From Eledone cirrhosa (taxonomy: Eukaryota), in assembly GCA_964016885.1 (NCBI GenBank), contig OZ024740.1, positions 271,002,001 to 271,066,000 on the forward strand: a DNA stretch of 64,000 nt, given 5' to 3'. Below the pieces are notes generated by a model that was not told the DNA's origin, made no database searches, and saw only the letters and a program-made list of their open reading frames with translations. Every line of letters begins with the position of its first letter. The first letter of the stretch is position 1. Position numbers and translations under genes: made by a program. Of the stretch, positions 24,559 through 38,057 are shown piece after piece.

Positions 24559-27500
24559 AAACTTTAACATATAAATACAGCGATGTTATATTATATTACA
24601 TTCATAAAGAAATATACTAAGTAACGGTTCTTTTTGTTCTCGATTCAAACGATTCAAGAACAACGTTTAAAACACAGTTGTAGAATTAAAAACTAACTGA
24701 AAAGAAATATTACCCAAGCTGTGAATAACTTTAAATTTGATTCTGACAGAACTGTGTCGAAACTTTTAAAGAAGATCATCGACTATTTTGAAAAATATTA
24801 GTGAATAGACGAACTCATCATGGCAAAACGTACAAGTCTCCTTCGACCAAATCGCAACTACAACCGTTGTATACAGTGGAGCTACGAGCTTAACAAAGAA
24901 TTATATGAAGCATACAAACAATCTGAACCCCAAAAGTTCGGTTTTATGCAAAGGCTAAAAGCTTTATGGAACTCCAAACACCCAGAATTAGACTTTTCTC
25001 CAAAGCATTTAAATGAACAGAGAAAACGTATCATTAGGTGTAAATTGATACATCTAACGGAATTGAGTGATACTACAAAGATAGCCCTTGCAGACAACCA
25101 CCCCACCTCCACTGACAGACAAAAAGAATGGCCAACTAAATCTAACAGTGAACAGCTCACCAACAATTTTGCTGAAATCCATCCCACTTCCACTGAAGAA
25201 CAGCGAGAATTGTCAGCTAACTCTAGTAGTAATTGTCACCGCATCAACAACGACGCTGAAATTCATGTCTCTACTGTACAAACAGAACACCAGAAACTTG
25301 TGGACATCTTACAAGTGATATGGGACGATATGTTTCAAGAGATACACAGCCTTAATGTGAGTGACAGACCATACAACACCAGAATCAGTAAAGAACCCAC
25401 TAAATTGGAATTGGAAGCGGTGAACGAAATAGCTGACAATTATCTGAAGGCTATACGATTTAAAGGTGTAGAAATGACATTTGAAACGCTTAACATTTTG
25501 TTATATGTTTCAGCTGTCACATTGCTATCATATAACAAACACCTAAAACCACGCAATCAAGATACAAACAAAAAGCCTGAAGCAGCGTGGATGCGAAATT
25601 TAAAAAGCAAAATTTTGTCCCCAAGACGAAGTATCTCACACATCGTAGTCCATAAGAAATGCAACATAGAGAGCAACTTCACACGACACCAGGAAGACCT
25701 AAAAAAGAGGTTAGAGAGACGATTTGGAGATACAAAATTTAAAACTTTAAACTCCAAATTACACCAGTTGAAACAACAACTCACAGCTACAACAGAAAGA
25801 CTGAATTATAAGTCAACAGCACATAAACGACAAGTGCTAAATAGATTGTTTGCCAGAGATCCTAAATCAGTTTATCGCAGCTTCGGTGGCAAAAGAACAG
25901 ATTGAGAGCTACTGGAGATCTGTATGGGAAACGGAAAACGGATTCAACAGACAAACTAATTGGTAAAAAGAACTGGAACATGTCCAGACAAAACAATATG
26001 ACATAGATGGGTCAATACTGAAAACAGCTCTACAGAAAATGTCGAATAGGAAATCACCAGGCCCAGACCTCATTACAGGATACTGGTTGAAGAATTTCAC
26101 TTTCTATCGGCAAGATCTCATACGGCTGTTTATAGAAACCATTAAAGGCACACAAGAACTGCCCAGGTGGTTATCAACTGCCACTACTCTCCTCATTCCC
26201 CAAAACAGCCAAACCACCCTTGCTAAAATTTACCGCCCAATAGCCTGCTAAAACATCATGTATAAATTATATACTGGGTGCCTTAACCTGTTCTTACAGG
26301 ATCACTGTGCTACCAACAACATCATAACACCTGAGCAAGCTGGTGGAAAGAGGGAGGTGCGGGGTTGCATTGATCACCTACTAACTAATAAAATGATTCA
26401 AGAAAAAACAACAAAGAATCGCAGAAACATGACTGTGGTGTGGCTGGACTATCAAAAGGCATTTGATAGTGTACCTCATGGGTGGTTTGTTAAGGCTTTA
26501 CAGTTAGCCAAAGTCCCACAACCATTGGTAGCTGCTGTTGAACATCTGATCAAGAACTGGTACACCAATTTGATCCTTAGAGGTGAGAAGGAGCAAGTTA
26601 AGACTGATAAGATACATTACCAGAAGGGCATCTTTCAGGGTGATAGCTTGTCAGTGCTACTCTTCGTTCTCTCACTAAATCCACTATCTTACCTACTCAG
26701 AAAACAAGGTGGACAAAGAAGTGGGTCCAGAAGTATCTCCCATCTTTTCTTTGTTGATGACCTGAAGTTGTATGGGCCAAATATCAATGGCATCAAGAAA
26801 CAATTGGACCTCATTACACAATTTTCAACAGACATCAAAATGAAATTTGGTGAGTCCTAGTGTGCATATTTGGCAGTAAAACGTGGAAGAGCTGTGCCCT
26901 CCTCTAGAAATCTAGAGATGAACGGCCTGACAATACAACCTCTACAGTCAAGTGACAACTACAGATGTCTTGGACAGGATGAGAATGTCAGATATGATGG
27001 ACCCATAAATAAGGAGAGAACCAGAACTGAATACCTAAGAAGAGTAAAGAAAAGATGGTCATCAGAACTGTCAGCGTACAACAAATACATTGCCCACAAT
27101 ACTTATGCTGTGCCAATTATAACGCCAACATTTGGCCTGCTGAACTGGTCATTGCAAGAACTAAGTGAGATGGATGATAGAACTCGCAAACTTTTCAGTG
27201 TTACTGGGAACTTTAACATCAATGGTGATGTGGATAGGCTATACTTCTCACGCAAGGAAGGTGGCCGGGGTCTAAAATCCATATTAACATCATATGAGAC
27301 CCCGATAGTAACACTGAAGCAACATCTTCAACAGAGAAAAAAGGTTGGCAACCATCTTGCCCAGGTTTATGACCATGAAAAAAAATTATCATTAGAATAG
27401 CGACTGATCTGGAGGAGAGATATGGAATAAAGCCTGATATAAATCTCTCACCCAGAGAAATCGGAAGATCCTATTCAATGTTCAAACAAGATGAAAAAAT

Positions 27501-28352
27501 TGACCAATTTAGATAAAATGTTGTGCATGGATACTTGAGACGTAAAACACAGACCATAGAGGGGATAAACCACTCAAAAAGCCTGGCATGGAGTTCCGAC
27601 AAGTTTATGACATCACACCTTGAGGGATATCTCTATGCAATACAGGAACAAGAACTCTCTACCAAATATCTGCTGCACAAAAGAGGAGGGCCAGCAGCTG
27701 ACAATAAATGTAGGCTATGTAAAACAAAGATCGAGGATGTAAGCCACATTGTTGCCAGCTGCGAAAGAATGTCATCTCGCTACTACCTCTCCATGAGACA
27801 CGATGGGATAGCTAGAACTATCTGGAACGCACTTCGGAAAACAAAATTAACAACAAACGAGGAAGAATATATTGAGACAGATGGCACTAAGTAATACTGG
27901 TAGAACCTGAAAATAAAAACTGCCACCAAATTAAAGCACAACCGGCCTGATATTGTTGTTTGGGACCACACATTGAAAACGTGTTCTGTTGTGGAGATCA
28001 GCTGCCCACTTGATGTAAACGCTGTCAGAAAAATACAGAAGAAGGAGGACATCTACATACCATTGATGAGGAGTTTACAAATCCATTATCCAAGATACAC
28101 CTTTAGCTTCATACCCATCATTATTGGAGCTACGGGTTATATACCAACACGCTTGGACCAAAGTATGACTGAACTTGGATTTGCGGACAAAGAGCGCAGC
28201 TCCCTAATTCATAGTCTACAAATGGCTGCGATAGCTGGCACCTTCAACATTTGCAAAACATTCTTGCGATTCAAGGGATGACAATTTCTTTTCTTTTACA
28301 ACCTTGCCACCATAAAAAAAATATCCTCGAAATTAAGAGAAAGAGATAACAT
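24559..28352 (+). mobile_element. R4/Dong-like RLE LINE copy 2, full length but pseudogenised (ORF 24820-28281 broken)
   Basis: Same 5' UTR as copy 1; ATG at 24820; RT QGDSLS and FVDD; CCHC knuckle; RLE. Confidence 0.93.
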
Positions 28353-28567
28353 ACATAGATATCTACTAGTTGATGTTGTGTAAATTCCAATGAGAGAGAC
28401 TTGTATCTATGTTAGAAACCGACACCCTCTCCATTGGCAACAATTTATGAAATTATAAAGCCAGAACATACATACATGCATGCATACATACATACATACA
28501 TACATACATACATACATACATACATACATACATACATACATACATACATACATACATACATACATAC

Positions 28568-29180
28568 ATGGTGGCTGCCAACTCGTTTTCGAGTACGGCC
28601 ACCACTTTATATCCATGTAGGAGAACCCCTACCGATGCGCTAAACAAGTGTGACTTTTTAGTCCAGCCAGTGACTTGAAAACTCTGGTACAAACACTACA
28701 CTTGTGACAATTATTGACACACATAGTGCTGGGCCCATGGTACCATGTGACGACAAGTGCAGGGAGATCTCCAGATATAAAGCAATGCCTGTGCCGTGAA
28801 GCTTTTATAGTGAGCAAAGGCACTGCACAAAGCCAGTCCCACTCTCTTAACCAAGATAATATTTACCAAAATGAAGAACAAGTCAACATCATTGGATACC
28901 ATCAGGGTTGCAGGTGTTATATCAGAGTTTTCCTTCTCCTAGAATTCTGCCTTGACAAAGGCTAAGGGGTCATCTCTCCCAGTGATTTGGGATGGCCATT
29001 GACTCTAAAGAGCTCCTTTGCCCTTTGACAGGTTTTGTTTTTAGTCCTGCAGGATGTCCAAAGTCACCCTCCTCACCAAGAAACCTTGGTGGGGTTGCCA
29101 GTTTTGTCGCCAACGACCCGACCATGGGACAGGTTGTACTGGGATACATGTTACCAGTAGCACCAACTGGTGACCTGACA
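28568..29180 (-). mobile_element. full-length family A bipartite RTE-derived element
   Basis: Colinear with 7458-8074; (ATAC)n on both sides. Confidence 0.8.
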
Positions 29181-29283
29181 CAATACATACATACATACAT
29201 ACATACATACATACATACATACATACATACATACATACATACATACATACATACGTATGTACATACATACATAAATACATACG

Positions 29284-30935
29284 ACAAAGAAGTGGGACCA
29301 GAAGTATCTCCCATCTTTTCTTTGTTGATGACCTGAAGTTGTATGGGCCAAATATCAATGACATCAAGAAACAATTGGACCTCATTACACAATTTTCAAC
29401 CGACATCAAAATGAAATTTGGTGAGTCCAAGTGTGCATATTTGGCAGTAAAACGTGGAAGAGCTGTGCCCTCCTCTAGAAATCTAGAGATGAACGGCCTG
29501 ACAATACAACCTCTGCAGTCAGGTGACAACTACAGATATCTTGGACAGGATGAGAATGTCAGATATGATGGACCCATAAATAAGGAGAAAACCAGAACTG
29601 AATACCTCAGAAGAGTAAAGAAAATATGGTCATCAGAACTGTCAGCTTACAACAAATACATTGCCCACAATACTTATGCTGTGCCAATTCTAACGCCAAC
29701 ATTTGGCCTACTGAACTGGTCATTGCAAGAACTAAGTGAGATGGATGTTAGAACTCGAAAACTTCTCAGTGTTACTGGGAACTTTAACATCAATGGTGAT
29801 GTGGATAGGCTATACTTCTCACGCAAGGAAGGTGGCCGGGGTCTAAAATCAATATTAACAACATATGAGACCCGGATAGTGACACTGAAGCAACACCTTC
29901 AACAGAGGAAAAAGGTTGGCAACCATCTTGCCCAGGTTTATGACCATGAAAAAAGAAATATCATTAGAATAGCGACTGATCTGGAGGAGAGATATGGAAT
30001 AAAGCCCGATATAAATCTCTCACCCAGAGAAATCGGAAGATCCTATTCAATGTTCAAACAAGAAAAAAAAATTGACCAATTTACAGAAAAAGTTGTGCAT
30101 GGATACTTGAGGCGTAAAACACAGACCATAGAGGGGATAAACCACTCAAAAAGCCTGGCATGGAGTTCCGACAAGTTTATGACATCACACCTTGAGGGAT
30201 ATCTCTATGCAATACAGGAACAAGAACTCCCTACCAAATATCTGCTGCACAAAAGAGGAGGGCCAGCAGCTGACAATAAATGTAGGCTATGTAAAACAAA
30301 GATCGAGGATGTAAGCCACATTGTTGCCAGCTGCGAAAGAATGTCATCTCGCTACTACCTCCCCATGAGACACGATGGGATAGCTAGAACCATCTGGAAC
30401 GCACTTCGGAAAACAAAATTAACAACAAACGAGGAAGAATATATTGAGACAGATGGCACTAAGGAATACTGGTGGAACCTGAAAATAAAAACTGCCACCA
30501 GATTAAAGCACAACCGGCCTGATATTGTAGTTTGGGACCACACATTGAAAACGTGTTCTGTTGTGGAGATCAGCTGCCCACTTGATGTAAACGTTGTCAG
30601 AAAAAGACAGGAGAAGGAGGACATCTACGGACCATTGATGAGGAGTTTACAAATCCAGTATCCAAGATACACCTTTAGCTTCATACCCATCATTATTGGT
30701 GCTACGGGTTATATACCAACCCGCTTGGACCAAAGTATGACTGAACTTGGATTTGCGGACAAAAAGCGCAGCTCCCTAATTCATAGTCTACAAATGGCTG
30801 CGATAGCTGGCACCTTCAAAATTTGCAAAACATTCTTGCGATTCAAGGGATGACAATTTCTTTTCTTTTACAACCTTGCCACCAGGAAGGTGGCCGGTCA
30901 AAAAAATATACTCAAAATTAAGAGAAAGAGAAAAC
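29284..30935 (+). mobile_element. R4/Dong-like LINE copy 3, 5'-truncated, youngest-looking
   Basis: Starts mid-RT directly after (ATAC)n; ends AAGAGAAAGAGAAA(ACAT)n. Confidence 0.93.
29339..30853 (+). CDS. uninterrupted C-terminal half of R4-like ORF (RT end, CCHC knuckle, restriction-like endonuclease); no true start codon
   Basis: 504-aa open frame with NRPDIVVWD and VVEISCP. Confidence 0.8.
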   Translation: MYGPNINDIKKQLDLITQFSTDIKMKFGESKCAYLAVKRGRAVPSSRNLEMNGLTIQPLQSGDNYRYLGQDENVRYDGPINKEKTRTEYLRRVKKIWSSELSAYNKYIAHNTYAVPILTPTFGLLNWSLQELSEMDVRTRKLLSVTGNFNINGDVDRLYFSRKEGGRGLKSILTTYETRIVTLKQHLQQRKKVGNHLAQVYDHEKRNIIRIATDLEERYGIKPDINLSPREIGRSYSMFKQEKKIDQFTEKVVHGYLRRKTQTIEGINHSKSLAWSSDKFMTSHLEGYLYAIQEQELPTKYLLHKRGGPAADNKCRLCKTKIEDVSHIVASCERMSSRYYLPMRHDGIARTIWNALRKTKLTTNEEEYIETDGTKEYWWNLKIKTATRLKHNRPDIVVWDHTLKTCSVVEISCPLDVNVVRKRQEKEDIYGPLMRSLQIQYPRYTFSFIPIIIGATGYIPTRLDQSMTELGFADKKRSSLIHSLQMAAIAGTFKICKTFLRFKG

Positions 30936-31149
30936 ATACATTCATACATACATACATACATACATACATACATACATACATACATACATACATACATACA
31001 TACATACATACATACATACACACATGCAAGCAAGCATGCATGAATTGGTAGGTAGAGTGGAATGATGTCATTTATTCAAAGCTAAATATATCTGTGTCGC
31101 TACTTGATGTTTCTCATTCCAAATTCTTATACAGTATCTCTGAGAATGG

Positions 31150-31605
31150 TTAAGGACAAAATGAAAACACACACACACATAGAACAAACAACCAACCAGT
31201 AACATGTAAATAAACAAATAAATAAACAAATATAAACACACACAGACACTCGGATGTAACACATGCGCAAACTAAGCACACAACACACACAAAAACAAGA
31301 TGGCGTAGGACAGAACAAAGGAGAGGCATAAAAACAAAGAAAAGAATCCCCAGTCACTGAAGAGGTCACAGAATGTGTGACGAAATAACTTTGACAATAT
31401 ATGAACAATCGTCTGGTTGTGGAACCAACCAACCAACCGGAAATTTATAAATTCCTAAATTTATAAATTTAATTTATAATAAATCGAAGTGAAAACAACT
31501 GGTGCGTGTGTTTCTTATTGGCAACATGACCCTCCCAAAGTATAACAATATCGGTTTCAACACACGTTTTCAGATAAAGAATCTTGCTAAACAAATTCAG
31601 AAACG

Positions 31606-31608
<3 letters not shown>
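31150..31608 (+). mobile_element. Penelope-like pseudo-LTR/3' fragment, same family as 47966-50158
   Basis: Colinear with 49695-50158; degenerate hammerhead at 31353-31395; ends in (TA)n. Confidence 0.88.
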
Positions 31609-31679
<71 letters not shown>

Positions 31680-31717
31680 AGGAAGTTATAGTTCACTTGA
31701 AGCATTGTGTAATGAGG

Positions 31718-32082
31718 TATAAACGTTTGTATATGTATAATAAAGCCAAAACAATGCAGGTATGGACATAGAATAAAGAATGCAAATGCAAAAGATATTG
31801 TTGATAATTAGTCTTTTACCTTAGATTTATTTAAATGTCCTTAATTTTCTAGATAATATCTCTTCTTCGGAGGGAAGTAAAGCGGTTAAACCTTGCCAAG
31901 CTATTTAGAACACTGGTTTAACCGCTTTACTTCCCTCCGAAGAAGAGATATTATCTCGAAAATTAAAGACATTTAAATAAATCTAAAGTAAAAGACTAAT
32001 TGTCAACAATATCTTTTGCATTTGCATTCTTTATTCTATGTCCATACCTGCATTGTTTTGGCTTTATTATACATATATAATC

Positions 32083-32089
<7 letters not shown>
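31718..32089. repeat. fold-back inverted repeat (~175-bp arms, 22-nt loop) with degenerate hammerhead motif
   Basis: Arms 31718-31892 and 31915-32089; CCGAAGA-A-GAGAT-att-ATCTC-GAAA-ATTA at 31937. Confidence 0.9.
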
Positions 32090-32121
<32 letters not shown>

Positions 32122-32126
<5 letters not shown>

Positions 32127-32305
32127 ATATTAAATAAATGGAAACTATATTTATAAAACCATATTTATTTTATTATATATATTTCAAGGGCAACCAAGAC
32201 AACATGGTACGCTTTCATCGGATAAAATACAAAGTTTGTTTTATAAATAGAGACATACCCCTGAAAATCATACCTTATCGGTTGGAAATTCACTGGATAG
32301 TGGAA
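32122..32305 (-). mobile_element. PLE-type terminal fragment with hammerhead motif (32166-32229, core CCGAUGA)
   Basis: Homologous to 39200-39380. Confidence 0.7.
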
Positions 32306-32599
32306 ATATATTAGGGATTATTCAAACTTATGTGTGAATATGCAAATGAATATGTAAATTATTGATAAACAACCGTTTATTTAAATGATACAGGAGAAAG
32401 AAAGAGAAAAAAAGGGAGAGAGAAAAAATAAAAAATATTACGAGATAGATAGAGAGAAGAAATTAACAAGAGGATTAATAGAACTCATGTAACGTTAATT
32501 TGGGGGAATGTATTCTAAGTATATATCTACTAATGGTACGTGTATTTACGATTAATTAGTTGTTAAAATTCTTTTCTAATATAATATTTACTGTTATAA

Positions 32600-32845
32600 G
32601 TAGATAGAAAAATAGATAGAAAAATAGATAGAAAAATAAATAGATAGAAAAATAAATAAAAAAATAAATAATAGAAAAATAGATACAAAAATAGATACAA
32701 AAATAAATAGATAGAAAAATAGATAGAAAAATAGATAGAAAAATAAATAATAGAAAAATAGATAGAAAAATAAATAGATAGAAAAATAAATAGGAAAATA
32801 AATCAATAAATAGATAAATAGATAAATAGATAAATAAATGGATAG
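32600..32845. repeat. (AAAAATAGATAG)n-like minisatellite
   Basis: Direct reading. Confidence 0.9.
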
Positions 32846-33412
32846 ATGTGTATATCGTGTTATAGATAATTGTTTTAATGAGTTATGAGGGATATTTGTT
32901 TTATATTTAATGTAAGTAAATATTAAGTTAAATTAAATTAAGTTAACTGAGTTAATAAGAATATTTATATTTATATGTTTTAAAATGAGAAGATACAGAA
33001 AAAACTCCAGTTTTGTTTATTTATTCGTTAGTGTGAAATTATTTTGTCAAAAAAGTATAAATGTTGAAAGATATATTTAGCCTGAATTAGTTAGTGGTTA
33101 TAAATCTAATAAAAGATAGGAGTGACCATTGGCATCATGTAGTCTATGTTAGGTAAAATACAAATATCATTTAAAATACAAATATCATTTGCAGCTGTAT
33201 CTCAATCTTAAATATCTTTAAAAGGAAATAATTTCAAAACTGCCAGAGAATGAACAAACGGTTGATAATAGTTATAACGGTTCCAGCACTTATACATTTA
33301 AATGTCATTCTATATACCTGTCTCCGGTCCGCTGGCCTGTACAGTCAAGTGAAGTGACCGTACGGAATCCAGATCCAGGAATGGAATCCAGCTTTCTATC
33401 TCTCTCATACCC

Positions 33413-33474
<62 letters not shown>

Positions 33475-33479
33475 AGGAA

Positions 33480-33560
33480 AGGTTATTGCAATAGCCTGGG
33501 GTTCAAAGGCTCTCAACTCTTTAATAAGCTGCCAAGAAAATTGAGAGATTTGCATGGTAT
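33480..33560 (+). mobile_element. CR1/L2-group LINE 3' remnant
   Basis: NSLGFKGSQLFNKLPRKLRDLHG. Confidence 0.45.
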
Positions 33561-34135
33561 TCTCCCCCCCCCTCTCTCTTTCTTTCTTTCTCTTCCCCCA
33601 CCTCTCTCTCTCTCTCATTTCCCTTCCCCCTCACTCTCTCTCTATATTTCTCTTCCCCCGCCACTCTCTCTCTATCTTTCTCTTCCCCCGCTACTCTCTC
33701 TCTCTCTTCCCTCGCTTCTGTTTATCTTTCCCTTCCCTTGCGTCTCTCTCTCTCTCTCTCTCTTTCTCTTCCCATGCCTCTCTCACTTTCCCTCTTTCTC
33801 TCTCTCTTTCCCTTTCCACGCCTCTCTCTCTCCCTCCCTCTCTATCTTTATCTCTTCCTCCGCCTTTCTCCCTTTCTTTCTCTTTCCCCCACCTCTCTAT
33901 CTCTCTCTTTCTTTCTCCCCCCCTCTCTCTCTTTCTTTCTCTTTCCCCACTCTTCTCTCTCACTCTCTTTCTTTCTCTTCCCACGCCTCTTTCTCTCTCT
34001 CTCTCTCTCTCACTCCTTTCCTCTCTCTCTCTCTTTCTTTCTCTTCCCACGCCTCTCTCTCTCTTACCCCTCCTCTCCCCCTCTCTCTCTTTCTTTCCCT
34101 CCCCCTCCTCTCTCTCTCTCTCCCACTCCTTTTCA
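33561..34135. repeat. polypyrimidine (CT)-rich array
   Basis: Direct reading; a similar array lies at 34830-35490. Confidence 0.95.
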
Positions 34136-34244
34136 CACACACGCATTTATACAAACTCTTGCATAACTGAAGCAAATCCACACACATAATTCTATGCATA
34201 AATAAGTTTATGTATAGGCATGCATTCATTCATGAAACTACACA

Positions 34245-34428
34245 GGCGGTGGATTGGCAGTATCGGTAGAGCGTCAGACACCATGCTTTGCAGCATAGTG
34301 TTACGGCCCTTTATGTTCTGAGTTCAAATCCGCCGAGGTTAATTTTGCCTTTTATCCTTAAGGGATCGATAAAATAAAGTACCAGTGGCGCACAGGGGTA
34401 ATCGCTGGCTTTGTGCCAAAAGTAGAGA
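34245..34428 (+). mobile_element. tRNA-derived SINE
   Basis: GGCGGTGGATTGGCAGTATCGGTAG...GAGTTCAAATCC. Confidence 0.88.
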
Positions 34429-34612
34429 TTCAAACTACACATCCTATTAACCTGTGCGTGTGTAGCTTAAATCTAAACAGGAATCAAATTTACGTTTCTT
34501 TAAATTCTTTATTATCTCACTGGACATGAAAGAAACCAGCAAAAAAAATAGTTTCACTCTGTCGGCTCTCCTACCTCTTTCTCTTTTTTTTAATGTCTAT
34601 CTTTCTTTCATT

Positions 34613-34735
34613 AGTGAAGGTGTGTGACTGAGTGGTTAGAGAATTGGATTCGCAATCGTAAGGTTGTGAGTTCGATTCCTGGATCAGGCGATGCGTTATG
34701 TCCTTGAGCAAGACACTTTATTTCACGTTGCTCCT
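34613..34735 (+). mobile_element. second tRNA-derived SINE family (CORE-like), 5' part
   Basis: AGTGGTTAGA, GAGTTCGATTCC, TGTCCTTGAGCAAGACACTT. Confidence 0.75.
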
Positions 34736-34988
34736 TCTACCTGGAGTTGCGACCGATAGATAGTATTAGCAATTGGAAAGACCAACGGAAACATTGTTCC
34801 CTCGGTCCGATTTGACGAAAGTCGATCGTTCCTCTTTCTTTCATTCTCTCTCTTTCTCACTCCTTTTCTTTCTCATTCTCTCTCTATCTGTCTCTCTCAC
34901 TCCTTCTCTATCTCTATCTCTATCTCATCCTCTCTCTATCGCTTTGCCAACCACTCCCTCTCCCTCTTTTTTCTTTCTCTCTCTCACT

Positions 34989-35028
<40 letters not shown>

Positions 35029-35144
35029 ATCTCTATCTTTCATTCTTTCTCTCTCACTCCTTCTCTTTCTCATTCTCTCTCTCTCTTTTTCTTTCTCTCT
35101 CTCACTCCTTCTCTTTCTCATTCTCTCTCTCTCTCACTCCTCTT

Positions 35145-35217
<73 letters not shown>

Positions 35218-35318
35218 CCCTCTCTATCACTTTCCCAACCATTCTCTCCCTCTTATTTTCTTTCTCTCTCTCAGTCCTTCTCTTTCTCATTCTCTCTCTC
35301 ACTCCTCTTTCTTTCTCA

Positions 35319-35374
<56 letters not shown>

Positions 35375-35407
35375 CTCTCTCTATCACTTTCCCAACCAAT
35401 CTCTTTT

Positions 35408-35470
<63 letters not shown>

Positions 35471-35906
35471 CTCCTCTTTCTTTCTCTCTCTATCCGTGTT
35501 TCGCACTTTCAGAGCACCAATTCTAATTTTCAATTTCTGTTTGACCGGCAACCGCTCTGTATAATCAGTTCCTGATTATTACTAGAATTCTATAAGAATC
35601 AAACATTCATGATTTTCAGCAAACAGTGCGAAATAGAGCTCTGTCGGCTTTATCTCCCGTGTTTGCTGAGAATTAAAGTGAGACTGTCACTACTCTAAAA
35701 TAATAGCGTAAGGTATTCGAAATGCTTTTAATTAAGCATACAGTGTATTGCAAAATACACACTATATATATATATATATGTATATATATATTCATATGGA
35801 TATTTATATATATATGTGTAGATGAGCGTTATATATATATATATATATTCATATTCATATTTATATATATATAAATATATTCATATATATATATTATATA
35901 TATATG

Positions 35907-36009
<103 letters not shown>

Positions 36010-36094
36010 CTGCATATAAATACATATATATAAAATATATATTTATATATATATATATATATTTATTTATTTATTTATTAAAATAACAGATCAA

Positions 36095-36145
36095 AGTTTA
36101 AGCAAAGAATCGGTGCTTTCACCCTTATCGGGATCTTCTGAAACT
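36095..36145 (-). ncRNA. hammerhead-like motif with variant core CAGAAGA, within repeat 36075-36265
   Basis: agttt CAGAAGA tcccgataagggt GAAA gca..tgc TT aaact; second copy at 52169-52219. Confidence 0.5.
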
Positions 36146-36283
36146 AAGAAAATTAATCTGTGAACGCAGAAGTAAATATTTCGAAAAACGTTGCAGCCGA
36201 AGGAAGACAGGAAGACGATACTTTGGTTCGTGGAAACGTTCCCTGGCAAAGAACGAAAAAAAACGAAGATAATTTATTATTAT

Positions 36284-36379
<96 letters not shown>

Positions 36380-36427
36380 ATGAAATGACAGGAGGCTGGA
36401 TTTGTGTAAATCCTTGAAAGGTTTATT

Positions 36428-36485
36428 ATACTATGATCATTTCAATGACCGGGTTCCGTATGAATCCGGTGATATCATCAGGTAT
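36428..36485 (-). ncRNA. type I hammerhead ribozyme (PLE-type, palindromic stem III)
   Basis: atac CTGATGA tatcaccgg...ccggtcatt GAAA tgatca TA gtat. Confidence 0.75.
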
Positions 36486-36618
36486 TCGAAATATAATAAG
36501 TGAATGTAATAGATAAAATCCATGGGGCTGAAAATCAAAGACCCGAGGGCGACCGCCAACCAGCATCTTCTACCTTTGCCGGTCGCCCTCGAGTGACGTG
36601 GCTAAAGCTTACAGTGTG

Positions 36619-37105
36619 CTACTACCTGTCAAATAAAGGAAAATAGAAAGGGATAGGAACATAAGTTAGCGTTAATATCATGCCACAAGAAAAAAGAAAG
36701 AAAGAAAGAAAGAAAGAAGAGAGAAGAAGGGGGAAGGAAGAAGAAGAGAAGCCAGGATTAATGTCAGCTATAAGAAGAAAGACAGAAAGAAAGAGGAGGA
36801 AAGGTCGGTATTACAGTCACGCCAGGAGTGTCGCGAATTTTTTTTTATTCTAAGGGACCCGTATCTTAACAACTACTACCGGTCAAATATAGGCAAACAA
36901 AAAGGGGAAGGAAGATAAGGCAGCGGGAAGAAGACAGAAAGAAGGGAGAAGAGGAGGAAGAAAAGGAAGAAGAAGAAAAGTCAGGGTTGATGGCTACAAG
37001 AAGAAAGATAGAAAGAAATAGGAAGAAAGGTCGATATTAATGTCAGGCTACAGTCAGGCCAGGAATGGCGCGAAAAAAATTTTCAAAGAGACCCGTATCT
37101 TAGCA
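36619..37105. repeat. diverged tandem duplication, ~250-bp unit
   Basis: CTACTACC.GTCAAATA at 36619 and 36873; GACCCGTATCTTA present twice. Confidence 0.75.
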
Positions 37106-38057
37106 GAGGTAAATATAGTGGGGGTCAGTGTGTTATAATGTGTGAGCAGAAGATTGGAACGTTACATTTTTGTTTAGACTTATATGAAATTAAAAAATTA
37201 ATATTTAATATTAACATTATAAAATTAAAGAAATTAGAAAATTTAAAGTTAAACTGTTTAACATTTTTAAGGTTGCGAGGTTTAAGCAGAGAAAGAATCT
37301 TTTATGAAGACACTTAAATTTTATTATAGAGTAAAGATTATGTCTTTGTTTAGCCGTCAAACAGCATGCGGCGACCACAAGCTTGGGCATCCCATCAGTC
37401 CGAGTGATATCTCCTAGCGAAAGATATGGAAATCGATTTTTCTGAACACTCTAGGAATGTATAACAGGCTTCAGGTGCGCCAGCAGGAAGTCAGCCGTCA
37501 TCGTTATGCCATTCTTGTACAAAAACCAGTACTATTCCTTTACCCAGGAGGGGGGTTTGCTTAAGTAGAGGGAGGCATGATATATCTAATAGTTCTGATT
37601 TGATCTGTAATTTAAAGGTACTATATGGCGGTTAAAAAACCGGCTGCGCGCCGGGCCCCTAGGGCGAATCAAGCCACTCCGAGTAGTTTCATTTACCGAA
37701 AGAAGGGGAAATTTATTTTTCCAAGCACTCAAGGTAGGCCTATGCGCCAGGGGGCCGGTCCCGCCGCCAGGAAAACCAACCCAACAGTCCGACAGAAAGT
37801 TGGAACGTTAAAATATTGTTTAAATTTATAGGATGAAGTTGAAAGAATTCAGAATAACATTATAAAATTAAAGAGTAAGAAGATTGAGAATTGAACAAAC
37901 AGAAAATTGAAAATTAAACATTTAAAAAACTTTTTTAAGGTTTGGGGTTGCGGGGTTTAGTTAAAGAGAGTCTTTTATGAAGAAACGTTAATTGTATTAT
38001 GTAGATCTTCTATAAGTTATCCTAGTGGGATGTATAGTAAGGGATATAGTCGGGTAA

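Noticed and set aside
34613-34690. tRNA gene (also the heads at 40805-41185)
   Set aside because: No proper cloverleaf acceptor stem, and it continues into a SINE body.
35570-35670. Half hammerhead GAAA-TAGAGCTCTG-TC inside a hairpin
   Set aside because: No matching CUGANGA core or stem I was found.
37190-38010. Direct repeats (~37190-37340 and ~37850-38010) flanking a GC-richer core, as a possible LTR element
   Set aside because: Repeats are diverged, with no TG..CA ends, primer-binding site or recognisable ORF.
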